Positions 9,450-21,474 of a stretch of 64,000 nt of DNA are shown piece after piece. Origin of the DNA: Gammaproteobacteria bacterium (GTDB taxonomy: Bacteria > Pseudomonadota > Gammaproteobacteria > CAJXQU01); the NCBI GenBank assembly GCA_965238175.1, contig CBDEGZ010000003.1, positions 934,089 to 998,088 on the forward strand. The letters run 5' to 3'. The position numbers and the translations under genes are program-made. Position 1 is the stretch's first letter. Every line of letters begins with the position of its first letter. The notes beneath the pieces were generated by a model. It was not told the origin of the DNA, searched no databases, and was given only the letters and a program-made list of their open reading frames with translations.

Positions 9450-10381
9450 TGCAAAAAACGTTTTTTTTGATTGTAGTTCTATTAAGTGTACCCGCTTTGG
9501 CGATTGATGCCGAAACAGGTGCGCAGTATGCTGCAAAAGGAGATTATGCAACGGCATATAATATTTGGAAGGTTTTTGCTGAGGAAGGTGATCCACTGTC
9601 GCAGTTCTATTTGGGTGTTTTGTACGAAAAAGGTAGTGGTGTAGAAAAAGACTATCCACAAGCATTATTCTGGTATATCAAATCAGCCGAACAAGGTGTC
9701 GCAAAAGCAAGCTATAACATCGGTAATATGTTTTTTAATGGTCGTGGCGTAAGTCGGGATTATAAGGAAGCTGAACGGCGTTTTAGGCTTGCTGCCGAGC
9801 TGAACTACCCACCTGCACAATATAATCTTGCTTACACCTTAGACAAAAGTTTAAATGGCGAAAAAAATCCAACAGAAGTATTTAACTGGTATTTAAAAGC
9901 AGCTAAAAATGGTGTGCAAAAAGCAAAATCTAAAGTTGGTAAAATGTATGAGGTTGGTATTGGTGCTGCACAGGATAAAGAAAAAGCGATCTACTGGTAC
10001 GAAAAAGTTGTGAGTAAAGATCCTGAGATCCGGATCCGTTTAGCCAAACTATATCTTGATGATCAAAATCGGGTGGAAGAAGGGATCCGTTTATTACGAT
10101 CAAGTGCTGAAAACGGCGATAAACTAGCCCAGTATCAACTTGGTTATCTTTATGGGCAAGGAGAAAAAGTTAAGCAGGATTATGAGCAAGCCACTTTTTG
10201 GTATAAACGTGCAGCGAAACAACAAGTCCCTGAAGCACAATATCTTTTATGTCTTTCCTACTCCTTAGGCAAAGGTGTCCCAGTGGATATGGCCGTAGCC
10301 CAAGCCTGGTGTGAGGCAGCTGTAATAAACAAAGCAGAAGGTGCCGAAGAAGCGTTAAAAGAGATCAAAGAGTCGCGATGA
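9449..10381 (+). CDS. Sel1-like (SLR) repeat protein with signal peptide
   Basis: Repeated A..W(Y/F).KAA.QG...AQ..LG..Y units. TAATG overlap with the metY stop. Confidence 0.85.
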   Translation: MQKTFFLIVVLLSVPALAIDAETGAQYAAKGDYATAYNIWKVFAEEGDPLSQFYLGVLYEKGSGVEKDYPQALFWYIKSAEQGVAKASYNIGNMFFNGRGVSRDYKEAERRFRLAAELNYPPAQYNLAYTLDKSLNGEKNPTEVFNWYLKAAKNGVQKAKSKVGKMYEVGIGAAQDKEKAIYWYEKVVSKDPEIRIRLAKLYLDDQNRVEEGIRLLRSSAENGDKLAQYQLGYLYGQGEKVKQDYEQATFWYKRAAKQQVPEAQYLLCLSYSLGKGVPVDMAVAQAWCEAAVINKAEGAEEALKEIKESR

Positions 10382-10658
10382 TAATTGAGTAGATCAAAGG
10401 AGTGGCTATACTTGCACTAATGTTGAACCAAGAATAATAGAAGATTCGTTGAGTAAATTATTATTTCGTAGGGCAGCTTACTAGTGCATGGATGCACGTA
10501 GTTAGAACAATGCGGGGGCAATTGTTGAGCGCAGCGTAAGCCGGCATTTAATCTTAATGAATAGAGCTGTGTTTAGTTTCGTGGTTCTGGTTAGATATAG
10601 CGTAATTTAGGATAGATGGTGGCTGCATATTTAGGCTCTTAAATAAGTTCCATTGACG

Positions 10659-11123
10659 CTATTGTCCCGTTCGTCGGATCAATTCCATAATCTCTTCACG
10701 CAGTAGTAGGTCAGACAAAATGCTGTCATCTGCGCAAAGCAATTGTATATCCAATCCCTCTCTTCGCGCTATAAAGGAAGTCTTATGTAAAGTGCCAGAG
10801 ACGCCGTTTATAATGGAGGTGTCTGCTTTCACCATACCTAACAGGAACGCCGCTTGATCTGTTTTTTTCGAACCATCAATTATGGTTATCTCATAGTATT
10901 GCCGAGATAAACGCAAAGCTATAGCCTCTGATCGCTTTCCTAGTGCAACCTTTGACTCAATAGATTTGTCTTCTATTTCAGCCATATCAATATGTTCGAC
11001 AGCGTCCTCAATGAGTGTCGGCGGTAAGCATGCCGTTGTTGCAGCTATAGGCCACAGTACAAAACAGATTAGTGTTAACTGTTTAGATATTATCTTCATT
11101 GAGGAATTATATGCGTTTTCCAT
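10659..11123 (-). CDS. Hypothetical secreted/lipoprotein
   Basis: 154-aa ORF with an internal MKIISKQLTLICFVLWPIAATTAC signal/lipobox-like segment. No family recognised. Confidence 0.4.
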   Translation of the reverse strand: MENAYNSSMKIISKQLTLICFVLWPIAATTACLPPTLIEDAVEHIDMAEIEDKSIESKVALGKRSEAIALRLSRQYYEITIIDGSKKTDQAAFLLGMVKADTSIINGVSGTLHKTSFIARREGLDIQLLCADDSILSDLLLREEIMELIRRTGQ

Positions 11124-11194
11124 ACCAGACAGCTATAAACTGCCTAATTCACAAATAGGGTTCTAGGTGAGTAGTTAATAAATAACCTGATGTG

Positions 11195-12529
11195 ATGGTC
11201 TCCTCCCCCTAACGGCATCTAGGTGCCATGATTGAACTGACATACACACAATCAAAAGAGGAGAAGACCAAAATGAAGACTACAACAATCGGGTTAGACA
11301 TAGCAAAAAACGTATTTCATGCTGTCTGCTGTAATCAACAAGGGCGTATAATCAAAAAGAAAATGTTAAAGCGAGCGCAGGTACTCTCCTTTTTTCAATC
11401 TCAACCTCCTTGTTTAGTCGCAATAGAATCTTGTGCAACGTCACAGTATTGGGCCCGAGCGATACAACAACAGGGACATCAGGTGAAATTACTACCACCT
11501 CAGCATGTTAACGCATTTCTAATCGGCAATAAGAATGATTATAACGATGCCTTGGCCATCGCCGTTGCTGCGAAACAACCTCATTTAAAAAGTGTGGGCA
11601 TTAAATCAGTTGAGCAACAAGACAACCAGGCACAACATAAAGCAAGAGACTTAGCGGTCAGACAAAGAACCGCATTATGTAACCAAATGAGAGCGCTTGT
11701 TGCAGAATATGGCATTAGCCTTCGTCCCGGCCTAAATACCCTACGTCAATCTATCCCGTTGCTATTAAGTGATGAGAACGAACGGTTGTCCGTTACTTTC
11801 AAAAGGATACTGCGCCAGCTAAAGGAACAATGGCAATCACTTGATGCCTGTATTGCGACATTTGACCAATTGATCATTCAATCGGCAAAAAACAATGCGA
11901 TTTGCCAACGCTTACAAACTATTCCAGGGTTTGGGCCGATGGTCTCGAGCGCGTATTTTAATGAAGTGGGAAACGGCGCTCATTATCACAAAGGGCGCGA
12001 TGTGTCCGCCTCATTAGGACTTGTTCCACGACAGTACAGTAGTGGTGGTAAAGAGGTGCTACTGGGGATCAGTAAACGCGGCAATAAATACCTTCGTTGT
12101 TTGTTAATTCTAGGCGCGAAGGCCGTGGTATCAAGAGCCAAAACGAAAGGCGATAAACTGAGTCAATGGATTAATCGTTTAGTTGAGACGCGGGGGCATA
12201 ATCGAGCGTGTGTGGCGTATGCCAACAAAATGGCAAGAATGGCCTGGGCTATAACGGTTTCTGGTGATGACTACTCACCGGCCTAAATAGAGAGAACAAA
12301 TCATTTCAACGAATTGCGAAGGTAAAACTAAAGATGGCATAACAGGTCAAACCAGCCTATTGAAAACCTGTCGAGCTCAGGGGTAACTAATACCGATAAC
12401 CTGATAAGGAAAATAGGCGCGTAATACATCCAGGTCAGAAGTTGAAAACTTCATTGAAGGCCGTATATATGACAGCAATCCTGTCCCTGTTATCTGAATG
12501 TTTTATCTTGCAATACGGGAGGAGACCAT
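11195..12529 (+). mobile_element. IS110-family insertion sequence (IS1111-like, with subterminal inverted repeats)
   Basis: 13-bp inverted repeat atggtctcctccc (11195-11207) / gggaggagaccat (12517-12529) brackets the transposase gene. Confidence 0.6.
11273..12286 (+). CDS. IS110 family (DEDD) transposase
   Basis: MKTTTIGLDIAKNVFH N-terminus and C-terminal IPGFGP...LGL.PRQYSSGGK..LG.ISKRGN.YLR motifs typical of IS110. RBS aaagaggag lies upstream of ATG 11273. Confidence 0.9.
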   Translation: MKTTTIGLDIAKNVFHAVCCNQQGRIIKKKMLKRAQVLSFFQSQPPCLVAIESCATSQYWARAIQQQGHQVKLLPPQHVNAFLIGNKNDYNDALAIAVAAKQPHLKSVGIKSVEQQDNQAQHKARDLAVRQRTALCNQMRALVAEYGISLRPGLNTLRQSIPLLLSDENERLSVTFKRILRQLKEQWQSLDACIATFDQLIIQSAKNNAICQRLQTIPGFGPMVSSAYFNEVGNGAHYHKGRDVSASLGLVPRQYSSGGKEVLLGISKRGNKYLRCLLILGAKAVVSRAKTKGDKLSQWINRLVETRGHNRACVAYANKMARMAWAITVSGDDYSPA

Positions 12530-12537
12530 ATATGAAC

Positions 12538-13763
12538 TGTAGAAGTTTAGACCCAATCTGACACATCACTAAATCAAGCGGAGCGTAGCGACGCTTGATT
12601 TAGTGAGAGTTACCCGCTTTGATGTAACTGCAACGTAAACATCAAAACACAAAGAGGTAACTCTCATGATTCATACTAATGACAAAGTTATAAAACATAA
12701 AGTTGGTCTACTCAATCTCGCTGAAGAACTCGGCAATGTCTCAAAAGCCTGCAAGATGATGGGTTTGTCCAGAGATACATTTTATCGCTACAAAGAAGCG
12801 GCTGATGAAGGCGGTGTAGAAGCCTTGTTTGATCGTAATCGGCGTACCCCAAATCTTAAAAACAGAATCGACCCGGCTATTGAAACCGTTGTGCTCGAGT
12901 ATGCACTGGAAGAGCCCGCACATGGTCAAACGCGCACCAGTAACGAGCTGCGCAAACGGGGAACATTTGTCTCACCCAGTGGCGTTCGTTGTATCTGGCT
13001 TCGTCATGGTCTTGCTTGCTTTAAAGATCGCCTGAAGGCATTGTCTGATAAGGTAGCTGGTGAAGGCTTGATCCTCACTGAGTCTCAAGTCGCGGCGATG
13101 GAACGCAAAAAAGACGACGATGAGGCTTGTGGCGAGATAGAGACGGCACACCCTGGTTATCTTGGCTCGCAAGATACTTACTATGTCGGTACTTTCAAAG
13201 GCATTGGTCGGGTTTATCAACAAACGTTTGTTGATACTTACAGCAAGGTCGCTCACGCGAAACTGTACCCGACTAAAACACCGATTACGGCAGCTGACAT
13301 GCTCAATGACCGCGTCCTCCCATTCTACGAAGAACAACGTTTGCCTATGTTGCGCATTTTGACAGATAGAGGGACGGAGTATTGTGGGCGAGCTGACCAG
13401 CATGATTATCAGCTTTATATGGCGTTGAACAATATCGAACACACCAAAACCAAGGTCAAATCACCTCAGACGAATGGTATTTGTGAGCGATTCCATAAGA
13501 CGATCCTCAATGAGTTTTATCAAGTCGCTTTGCGTAAGAAAATTTACCAATCGATTGATGAACTGCAACTCGACCTTGACGAATGGTTGCTCAAATACAA
13601 TACTCAACGAACTCACCAAGGCAAAATGTGCTGCGGGAGGACGCCGATGGAAACACTCATCGACGGACAAGCTATCTGGAAGGAAAAGTTTGTGAATTAA
13701 ACTTAACCTGACAGTCGGTTACTGATAATTGGGTAACTGTCAGATCAAATCTGAATTTCTACA
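12538..13763 (+). mobile_element. IS481-family IS, copy 1 (1226 bp), no target-site duplication
   Basis: Terminal IRs tgtagaagtttagacccaatctgaca / tgtcagatcaaatctgaatttctaca. Flanks are tatgaac and ggttaag, which do not match. Confidence 0.85.
12666..13700 (+). CDS. IS481-family DDE (rve) transposase
   Basis: 344 aa with an N-terminal HTH and an rve core with SPQTNGICERFHKT. The protein is identical in all four copies. Confidence 0.85.
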   Translation: MIHTNDKVIKHKVGLLNLAEELGNVSKACKMMGLSRDTFYRYKEAADEGGVEALFDRNRRTPNLKNRIDPAIETVVLEYALEEPAHGQTRTSNELRKRGTFVSPSGVRCIWLRHGLACFKDRLKALSDKVAGEGLILTESQVAAMERKKDDDEACGEIETAHPGYLGSQDTYYVGTFKGIGRVYQQTFVDTYSKVAHAKLYPTKTPITAADMLNDRVLPFYEEQRLPMLRILTDRGTEYCGRADQHDYQLYMALNNIEHTKTKVKSPQTNGICERFHKTILNEFYQVALRKKIYQSIDELQLDLDEWLLKYNTQRTHQGKMCCGRTPMETLIDGQAIWKEKFVN

Positions 13764-13875
13764 GGTTAAGTAATAATAACCAAAGGGGCACATATTTATG
13801 TGCATCTTTTTTGTTTATCTTTCTACGTTATACTGATTTTGTAGGCCGTTACAATGGCACACAATTAATGCCCAC

Positions 13876-14297
13876 CTATTCGAATTTATACTTAATCAAC
13901 TCACTATACTCATCCATAAAATTAAAATACTGTCTATCATGGTTGATATAAATGCCCCACGTCCCATCTGTTTCAACTAGGGCGCCGACGCTCATAAACA
14001 TTCTAGGATCAGTAAGATACTCGTAGGCATTCTTACATAACGCATCGCTATTAAGGTAAGAAACTTCTCTTTCTTCTATAGAAGATGTTCGATCTTCCCA
14101 ATTTGATGTATATAATTTTAAACATACACTTACTATCACTGTAACGATAGCTCATAATAGCCGACCCGCCGCCTTCACTAATCCAAGTAAAACCCAAAAG
14201 ATTCCTCTCTGACTGATAAAATAAGAGCAGCAAAAACCACTGAAATTATACCCAGCGTAATAAAGATTACCCGATATAGATATTGTTTAAATTTCAT
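13876..14297 (-). pseudogene. Probable frameshifted small membrane-anchored protein
   Basis: Three overlapping minus-strand ORFs in different frames (14178-14387, 14051-14233, 13876-14139) read as one continuous protein if two frameshifts are allowed, starting at MKFKQYLYRVIFITLG. Confidence 0.35.
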
Positions 14298-14515
14298 ATT
14301 AGTACATATCAACTTCAACGGTGGGTGAAGTATGTTTGTATTTCGGTAGCATTTTGAATCGTCATTAACGAAGGTTAAGTCGTTCACCAGAACGCTTCGC
14401 TTTTTTATCAGTTTTCAAACATATTTCAATCAAGTACATCCGTTTAAACTGTCAAGTTTAGAGGTCAGCTTAACGATAGCGTAAACCGACTTGCGAGAGC
14501 TTGATATAATACGAA

Positions 14516-15766
14516 TCAAGCTTGATTAAATTGAAAATAACTATCCCAAATTTGATCTAATTTTATTCTCGCATCGGCAAGTGGAACAACGGAAATTTGA
14601 TCGTTATGCAATTTGATTAATTCCAAATCCTCTAGTTTTCTAAGTGCATCGCTAATCTCGAAATTTAATGCGTGTTGATACTTTTTTTGAAACCATTGTT
14701 CTATTTGGTGATCAAGTTGTTCCGCATTGATATTTTTGTCTGAGCGTAATAAAAAATAATAGGCGAGAATGGCTTCTTTACATTCCTCTTCTTCAGCAGC
14801 ATCAATCAGTTGATGAAAAACACCGGTGTTATTATCTAAATTTTTGAAATAAAGATTGTCTGCAAGCGTCTTCATGAATTTGATCTTGCGGTTTTTAAAA
14901 TTACTAAATTGTTTCCACAAGAAAGCGCCGAGTGTTCCGAAGCCAGCCACTAGCGCTAGTAAAGCGGCTTGATCAAGCACGACAGGTTCATGATGTAGTC
15001 CGAACCAGAAAGCCAATAATGATCCAGTCAATATAAGGGTTGCCCCTAATTTTGTTGCAAGCATAATTATTCCACCGACAGCGGCAGGTATACCGATGAT
15101 CAATTTGTCGATGGTTTTCATTTTTACTTCCGTGTTTGGGAAAAGCATTTCAAGATCTGATCGAGGAATATTCTGGAACAGTTTTATCGTGGTTGATCCT
15201 GGTTTGAAAAATAAGTCTTTTCGTTGCTGCTGATCAAAATATTTCTGTTCTTTATACTTCACATAGATCACAACACGATCATAATTTATAAACGAAATGA
15301 GTTTCTTTTTTAATCCAAAAAAACTCAGTAAGGTTTCGTGCTTTTCTGATTCACCACGTCGAAAAAAGAGTACTTGTTCAAAATCATCAAAATCAACATT
15401 CAAACGGATCTTGAAAAGAGACTCTTCTAGTAAGGCACGATCTAAATCTTCTTGGGTAATGATTTCAAAATTAGCCGCATCTAATAATTTTTTTAATTCT
15501 GAAATTAAAACCTTCTCCATTTTGTTTCTTTGATCGCTGGATTTTTTGTAAACAAGTTTCGTATCCGCATCTGGGTTAACGGGTGCGTAATTATCTTTCA
15601 GAAGTTCAAGGCTTTTGTGAAATTTAAAATGGAAGATACTTTCAAGGAGTTTGCAGACATCCTGAAATTTCAGAAGATCTTGTGCCGATAAATGAGCCTC
15701 TTCGCAGCACATCGAAACAATGTCAGATTTTCGATAGGGAATAAAACGTTGTTTGCTTTCAGTCAT
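14516..15766 (-). CDS. DUF3754/TMEM143-like membrane protein (tentative)
   Basis: 416 aa with a soluble N-terminal half, then 2-3 TM helices (IIGIPAAVGGIIMLATKLGATLILTG..). The family assignment is from memory. Confidence 0.45.
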   Translation of the reverse strand: MTESKQRFIPYRKSDIVSMCCEEAHLSAQDLLKFQDVCKLLESIFHFKFHKSLELLKDNYAPVNPDADTKLVYKKSSDQRNKMEKVLISELKKLLDAANFEIITQEDLDRALLEESLFKIRLNVDFDDFEQVLFFRRGESEKHETLLSFFGLKKKLISFINYDRVVIYVKYKEQKYFDQQQRKDLFFKPGSTTIKLFQNIPRSDLEMLFPNTEVKMKTIDKLIIGIPAAVGGIIMLATKLGATLILTGSLLAFWFGLHHEPVVLDQAALLALVAGFGTLGAFLWKQFSNFKNRKIKFMKTLADNLYFKNLDNNTGVFHQLIDAAEEEECKEAILAYYFLLRSDKNINAEQLDHQIEQWFQKKYQHALNFEISDALRKLEDLELIKLHNDQISVVPLADARIKLDQIWDSYFQFNQA

Positions 15767-15795
15767 TCTTTTGGATTCAAGCTGGTCAGAGTTCC

Positions 15796-17211
15796 TTACA
15801 GATGCAATGTCCTTCCGTCAACGCTCAAAGAGGCTTCATGCATGGCTTCTGATAATGTTGGATGTGCGTGAACAGTTCTGGCGATATCTTCGGTACTTGC
15901 TTCAAATGACATCGCGAGTACAGCCTCACTGACCAATTCTGAGGCATTCGGGCCAAAGATATGAACACCGAGTAATTCATCGGTTTCAGCATCGCCGATC
16001 ATTTTGATCAATCCTGCAGTTTCGTTCATTGCGCGAGCGCGTCCGGTTGCGGCAAATGGAAAACTGCCGACTCGAATCTTCCGACCTTCTGCTTTTAGTT
16101 GTTGTTCTGTTTTCCCGACCCATGCAATTTCTGGCCAGGTGTAGACTACCCATGGAATATTATCGTGGCTAAAATCAGGTTTTTGACCATCGATCAATTC
16201 CGCGACCGCAACGCCTTCTTCCATCGCTTTATGCGCGAGCATGGGCCCGTGGATCGCATCACCAATCGCAAAAACATTTTCCAAGTTGGTGCGGCATTGC
16301 TCATCGGTTTCGATGAAACCACGCTGATCAACTTTTAAACCAACTTGATCAGCATTGAGACCTTCAGTATTTGGTTTTCGTCCGATGGCAACAATCAGTT
16401 TATCTACTTCCAAATTGCGGGATTCACCATTCTGATCGTACTGAACTTTTACCTTTCCATTGGCTTTTTCACAGCGGGTCATTTTTGCGCCGAGCTGAAT
16501 ATCTAATCCTTGTTTGATCAAATTCTTTTGGGCTTCTTTTGCGATATCATGATCTGCCGCTGCCATGAAATCATCCATGGCTTCGATGACGGTTACTTTT
16601 GAGCCAAGTCTGCGCCAGACGCTACCGAGTTCTAAACCAATGACACCAGCGCCGATCACACCCAATGTTTCCGGGACTTCAGCAAAAGATAAGGCACCCG
16701 TTGAATCAACAATTTGATCATTATCAACAGGCGCGGGTGGTAATACCGCCGGAACAGATCCCGTCGCAATGATTATTTTTTTCGCGCTGACAGTTTGAAT
16801 TTGATTATCAATAGCTTTGATCTCAATTTCTGAATTTGATCGCAAGCTACCGGTGCCTTCCAATAGAGTGATATTGTGTTTTTTGAATAAGCCAGCAACA
16901 CCCATTGTCAGGATCTGGACAATTTTATCTTTACGCTTAAGCATTTTGCTGACATCCATTTGTGCGTTTTCAACAGTGATGCCGTGATCTTTTGCGTGTT
17001 TGTTAATGTCTTCAAAATGGTGTGATGAATCAAGCAATGCTTTCGATGGAATACAGCCGACATTGAGACAGGTTCCGCCGAGTACCGTCTTGCTTTTATC
17101 GCTTTGCCATTTTTCGACACAGGCGGTTTTCATGCCGAGTTGAGCACAACGAATAGCGGCAACATAACCACCGGGACCACCACCAATTACGACCACATCA
17201 TAATTATCCAT
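15796..17211 (-). CDS. lpdA: Dihydrolipoyl dehydrogenase (E3)
   Basis: GGGPGGY FAD motif, redox disulfide GGTCLNVGCIPSK, C-terminal HAHPTLSE. Confidence 0.95.
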   Translation of the reverse strand: MDNYDVVVIGGGPGGYVAAIRCAQLGMKTACVEKWQSDKSKTVLGGTCLNVGCIPSKALLDSSHHFEDINKHAKDHGITVENAQMDVSKMLKRKDKIVQILTMGVAGLFKKHNITLLEGTGSLRSNSEIEIKAIDNQIQTVSAKKIIIATGSVPAVLPPAPVDNDQIVDSTGALSFAEVPETLGVIGAGVIGLELGSVWRRLGSKVTVIEAMDDFMAAADHDIAKEAQKNLIKQGLDIQLGAKMTRCEKANGKVKVQYDQNGESRNLEVDKLIVAIGRKPNTEGLNADQVGLKVDQRGFIETDEQCRTNLENVFAIGDAIHGPMLAHKAMEEGVAVAELIDGQKPDFSHDNIPWVVYTWPEIAWVGKTEQQLKAEGRKIRVGSFPFAATGRARAMNETAGLIKMIGDAETDELLGVHIFGPNASELVSEAVLAMSFEASTEDIARTVHAHPTLSEAMHEASLSVDGRTLHL

Positions 17212-17243
17212 CTTTGTTCACCCACCTTAATTTTGTATCTTAG

Positions 17244-18485
17244 TTAGATCTCAAGAAACAGCATGGCTGGATCTTCTAATTGTTTTTTGATCGACACCAA
17301 AAAAGACACCGCTTCACGGCCGTCAATGATTCGATGATCATAAGATAATGCAACAAACATGACAGGTCGGATCACAACCTGGTTATTTTCTGCAACAGGA
17401 CGATCTTGTATTGCGTGCATACCTAAAATCGCACTCTGAGGAGGGTTAATAATCGGTGTTGATAACATTGATCCAAATGTGCCGCCATTGGTAATAGTAA
17501 AAGTGCCGCCAGTCAGATCGTCTAATGTTAGATTAGAGTTTCTGGCTTTATCACCAAGCTCGCGTATTTCTCCTTCAATTCCAGAAAAGGATATTTGATC
17601 CGCATCACGAATTACGGGTACGACCAAACCTCTGGGTGAGCTGATCGCGACGCCAATGTCGTAAAAGTCGTGATAGACGATATCTTGATTTTCAATCGAT
17701 GCATTGATCAGCGGAAACTCTTTTAATGCATTGATCGCTGCTTGCACAAAAAATGGCATAAAGCCTAAACGATAACCATATTTTTCTTCGAATTTAGGTT
17801 GGATTTTTGTGCGTAGTTGTTTAACCGCATTTAAATTGATCTCATTAAATGTGGTCAGAATTGCATTTTCAGATTGAGCAGATAATAAACGCTCGGCCGC
17901 GCGTTGACGTAAGCGACTCATCGGTACGCGCCGTTCTTGTCTTTCTGTTACGGGTGGATTATCTTTTTGAGAAATAAAGCTGGCTTCAGTGACATTTGTT
18001 TCAGAGTGAGATGGTGAATTTTTTATTTCTTCGTTTTGTTTTTGCAGATGGGTTTGCACATCGGATTTTGTAATTCGACCCTCTTTACCACTACCTTCAA
18101 TTTTATTCGTATCAAGACCTTTTTCTGTAATTAATTTGCGTACAGCAGGGCCTGGAGCAGGCGTTGTTTTAGATGATAGCTCTGGTGTTTCTTCATTAAG
18201 AATTTCTATTGATGTTTTTTGGACATGTTTTTGATCGGGCATTTCAGCATCGGTATCAATAATCGCCAGAATATCTCCGGCGACAACAATATCGCCTTCA
18301 CCTTTTATGATTTCTTTAATGATGCCATCGTTTTGTGCAGCAACTTCCAGGGTGACTTTATCTGTTTCCAGATCAATTAAACTTTCACCCCGTTTGATGA
18401 AATCACCGGGTGATTTCTGCCATTCGAGTAAAGTGGCATCCGCGACGGATTCTGCTAAAGCCGGTACTTTTATTTCTTCTAACAT
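17244..18485 (-). CDS. sucB: 2-oxoglutarate dehydrogenase E2, dihydrolipoyllysine succinyltransferase
   Basis: Lipoyl domain (LETDKV) and catalytic DHRIIDG. The start is taken at MLEEIKVP, which forms a TAATG overlap with the sucA stop. The ORF-track N-terminal extension is rejected. Confidence 0.93.
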   Translation of the reverse strand: MLEEIKVPALAESVADATLLEWQKSPGDFIKRGESLIDLETDKVTLEVAAQNDGIIKEIIKGEGDIVVAGDILAIIDTDAEMPDQKHVQKTSIEILNEETPELSSKTTPAPGPAVRKLITEKGLDTNKIEGSGKEGRITKSDVQTHLQKQNEEIKNSPSHSETNVTEASFISQKDNPPVTERQERRVPMSRLRQRAAERLLSAQSENAILTTFNEINLNAVKQLRTKIQPKFEEKYGYRLGFMPFFVQAAINALKEFPLINASIENQDIVYHDFYDIGVAISSPRGLVVPVIRDADQISFSGIEGEIRELGDKARNSNLTLDDLTGGTFTITNGGTFGSMLSTPIINPPQSAILGMHAIQDRPVAENNQVVIRPVMFVALSYDHRIIDGREAVSFLVSIKKQLEDPAMLFLEI

Positions 18486-21268
18486 TATTGATCCAGTTTC
18501 AGTGCTTCTTTGATTATAACTTCTTGTTGTTTGATATGTTTGGAAAGATAACCAACCGCAGGCGACGCTGAATAAGGTCTGGCGATACAAGTTAATTGAT
18601 GATGGCTATCTACGGCTCCAGACAGATGTGATCGACCTAATAAATAAAACCAGCTTCCCTGATTGACCGGTTCTTCTTGAATCCATACTACCTCTTTAGC
18701 ATTTGGGTATTTATCAATTATGGTCTCTACTTCCGGTTTTGGAAATGGGTACAGTTGTTCAATTCGAAGAATAGCAATATCGTCAATCTGGTGAGAACGC
18801 CGAGCTTCGAGTAGATCGTAATAGATCTTGCCACTACAAAATAATAAGCGTGTGATGTTGTCTTTATTCAGTTCATCTTTTTCATCTAAAACGTATTCAA
18901 ATTGTCCATGGGTAATGTCTTCTACTTCGGAGACAGATAACTTATGGCGTAACAAACTCTTCGGTGTCATGACGATCAATGGCTTGCGGTATGGACGCAG
19001 GATCTGACGACGGATCATATGGAACATTTGTGCCGGTGTGCTCGGAATGCAAACCTGCATATTGTCTTCAGCACAAAGTTGTAAATAACGCTCTAGTCGA
19101 GCAGAGGAATGTTCGGGGCCTTGGCCATCATAACCGTGTGGCAAGAACATAGTCAGGCCACAATGGCGGCCCCATTTTGCTTCACTGGAAGATATAAATT
19201 GATCAATAACAACTTGTGCGCCGTTGGCAAAATCACCGAATTGGGCCTCCCAGATAACAAGTGCATCTGGCTCAGAGCTGCTGTAACCAAATTCATAAGC
19301 AAGAATGGCTTCTTCAGAGAGAATCGAATTGATGATCCGGAACTTCGCTTGATCAGGTTTTATATGCTTGAGTGGGACAAATACGTCACCAGTATTCATA
19401 TCGTGGATAACTGCATGACGATGTGCAAATGTGCCGCGTTCGCTGTCTTGCCCTGATAATCTGATCGGGTAACCAGCTTCAACCAGACTGGCATATGCGA
19501 GGCTTTCAGCAAAGCCCCAGTCCATATTAATCTCTCCTGCTGCCATTAATTGACGATTACTGAGGATCTTTTTCACGCCACGATGTGTCGTAAAGCCGGT
19601 TGGTAAGGTGGTTAACTTTTCGCTCAATAGATCTAAATGAGATTTACTGATGGTCGTTGCTACTTCATCTCGCCAGTTTGTGCCTATATAAGGGTGGAAA
19701 TTGGTTTTAAATTCTTCTTCCCCAAGCGCACATAGTTGCTGGCCTGCGACAGGCTCATTTCTTTCCAGGGAAGCAATATAATTTTCTTTCATCTCACTGA
19801 CTTGTTCCGACGTAACAACTTCTTCATTGACTAATTTGGTCGCATAAATTTGTCGTATATTTGGACGGTTTTTGATCTTTTGATACATCAATGGCTGGGT
19901 AATCATCGGTTCATCTGCTTCACTATGGCCATGCTTTCTATAGCAGATCAAATCGATAACAATGTCTTTATTGAATTCTTGACGATAAGCGAATGCGAGC
20001 GAGCCTGCGTAAACAACAGCTTCTGGATCATCACCATTGACATGAATGATTGGTGCCTGAACCATTTTTGCGACATCTGTGCAATATAGAGTTGAGCGTG
20101 AATCAAGCGGATCGCTTGTCGTGAAGCCAATCTGATTATTGATCACGATATGAACGGTGCCGCCCGTTGCGTAACCTCGCGTTTGAGACAGGTTGAAGGT
20201 TTCCATGATCACGCCTTGTCCTGCAAAGGCAGCGTCGCCATGGATCAAAACAGGCATTACCTGATCTCTTGCTATATCGTGCCGTCGATCCTGACGAGCT
20301 CGAACAGAGCCTTCGATGACAGGATCAATTATTTCCAAATGTGAGGGATTAAAGCCTAAAGTCAGGTGTACAGGCCCGTGGAGCGTGTCGATATCTGAAG
20401 AGAATCCCTGGTGATATTTGACATCGCCGGTTCTCGATTCGGTATCACCTTTGCCTTCAAATTCATCAAATAGATCGGCGGGTTGTTTGCCTAAGGTGTT
20501 GACAAGAACATTGATTCTGCCTCGATGAGCCATACCAATAACAAGCTCTTTCACGCCATCTTCTGCGGAGTCTTGTATGATGTTATTCAGGAGTGGAATA
20601 AGGCTTTCCCCACCTTCTAGAGAGAATCTTTTTTGGCCGACATAACGACTATGAAGATATTCTTCGAGCGAACTTGCTGCGACGATTCGTTCGAGTATTC
20701 GGCGTTTTTTCTCAAAGGTGAATCCAGGGTTGCCACGATCAACCTCAAGACGTTGTTGTAACCAACGTTTTTGAGATGTTTCATTTATGTGCATGTATTC
20801 AATGCCGAGTGTTCGGCAGTAGGTTTTTTGCACAATATCGACAATTTCTCTTAAGGTTGCTTGTCTGATCCCTTGTAGTGAACCGGTATTGAAAACGGTG
20901 TCCATATCGGACTCCGAGAGATTGTGATAGCTAGGTTCTAGCTCAGGTACTTCGGGGCGTTCATAGAGCTGTAACGGATCTAAATTTGCTCGTCGATGGC
21001 CACGGAAACGGTAAGCATTGATCAGTTGTAAAACAGATACTTGCTTACTAGCGTGACTGGCTAGTGCTTCATCAGAAAGCACTGCTTTAGGGTTGGTTAA
21101 GTTGGGCTTAGTTTCACTTTTTCCTAAGTCGGTTTTTTGTGATTCAGCTGCAGTGTTTTGAACAAAATACGTTTTCCATTGACTATCAACAGCATTGGGA
21201 TTGTCTAAATAGACTTCGTACAACGCCTCAATGTAGTTTATATTGTTACTGTTCAGGCACTTTGCCAT
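18485..21268 (-). CDS. sucA: 2-oxoglutarate dehydrogenase E1
   Basis: 927 aa with characteristic AYRFRGH, GMAHRGRLNVL-like and [11 protein letters not shown] motifs. Confidence 0.96.
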   Translation of the reverse strand: MAKCLNSNNINYIEALYEVYLDNPNAVDSQWKTYFVQNTAAESQKTDLGKSETKPNLTNPKAVLSDEALASHASKQVSVLQLINAYRFRGHRRANLDPLQLYERPEVPELEPSYHNLSESDMDTVFNTGSLQGIRQATLREIVDIVQKTYCRTLGIEYMHINETSQKRWLQQRLEVDRGNPGFTFEKKRRILERIVAASSLEEYLHSRYVGQKRFSLEGGESLIPLLNNIIQDSAEDGVKELVIGMAHRGRINVLVNTLGKQPADLFDEFEGKGDTESRTGDVKYHQGFSSDIDTLHGPVHLTLGFNPSHLEIIDPVIEGSVRARQDRRHDIARDQVMPVLIHGDAAFAGQGVIMETFNLSQTRGYATGGTVHIVINNQIGFTTSDPLDSRSTLYCTDVAKMVQAPIIHVNGDDPEAVVYAGSLAFAYRQEFNKDIVIDLICYRKHGHSEADEPMITQPLMYQKIKNRPNIRQIYATKLVNEEVVTSEQVSEMKENYIASLERNEPVAGQQLCALGEEEFKTNFHPYIGTNWRDEVATTISKSHLDLLSEKLTTLPTGFTTHRGVKKILSNRQLMAAGEINMDWGFAESLAYASLVEAGYPIRLSGQDSERGTFAHRHAVIHDMNTGDVFVPLKHIKPDQAKFRIINSILSEEAILAYEFGYSSSEPDALVIWEAQFGDFANGAQVVIDQFISSSEAKWGRHCGLTMFLPHGYDGQGPEHSSARLERYLQLCAEDNMQVCIPSTPAQMFHMIRRQILRPYRKPLIVMTPKSLLRHKLSVSEVEDITHGQFEYVLDEKDELNKDNITRLLFCSGKIYYDLLEARRSHQIDDIAILRIEQLYPFPKPEVETIIDKYPNAKEVVWIQEEPVNQGSWFYLLGRSHLSGAVDSHHQLTCIARPYSASPAVGYLSKHIKQQEVIIKEALKLDQ

Positions 21269-21474
21269 TCGATCAGTTCCTGCGAATTGGTTTCAAAGAT
21301 TAATACCGATTTAACGACTTAAAAACAGATTATGCTATACTTACGCGTTTTACCAATGCCAATTATCACAATAATTATTACATTATTTTTTATATTGCGT
21401 TAGCAATTACAATACCAGTTTGCTTGGTGAGTTAAGGCTACGAGACAACTATAATATATCGCTGGAGTATTTTA

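Noticed and set aside
12741-13695. Several 60-156-aa ORFs on both strands inside each IS481 copy (for example 12972-13442 minus), repeated identically in all four copies
   Set aside because: They overlap the 344-aa transposase frame, have low-complexity or odd composition, and recur only because the IS is repeated. They are shadow ORFs, not genes.
17244-18590. 35-codon N-terminal extension of sucB in the ORF track ([13 protein letters not shown]...)
   Set aside because: The extension overlaps the sucA 3' end. The lipoyl domain starts at MLEEIKVP, which has the classic TAATG stop-start overlap.
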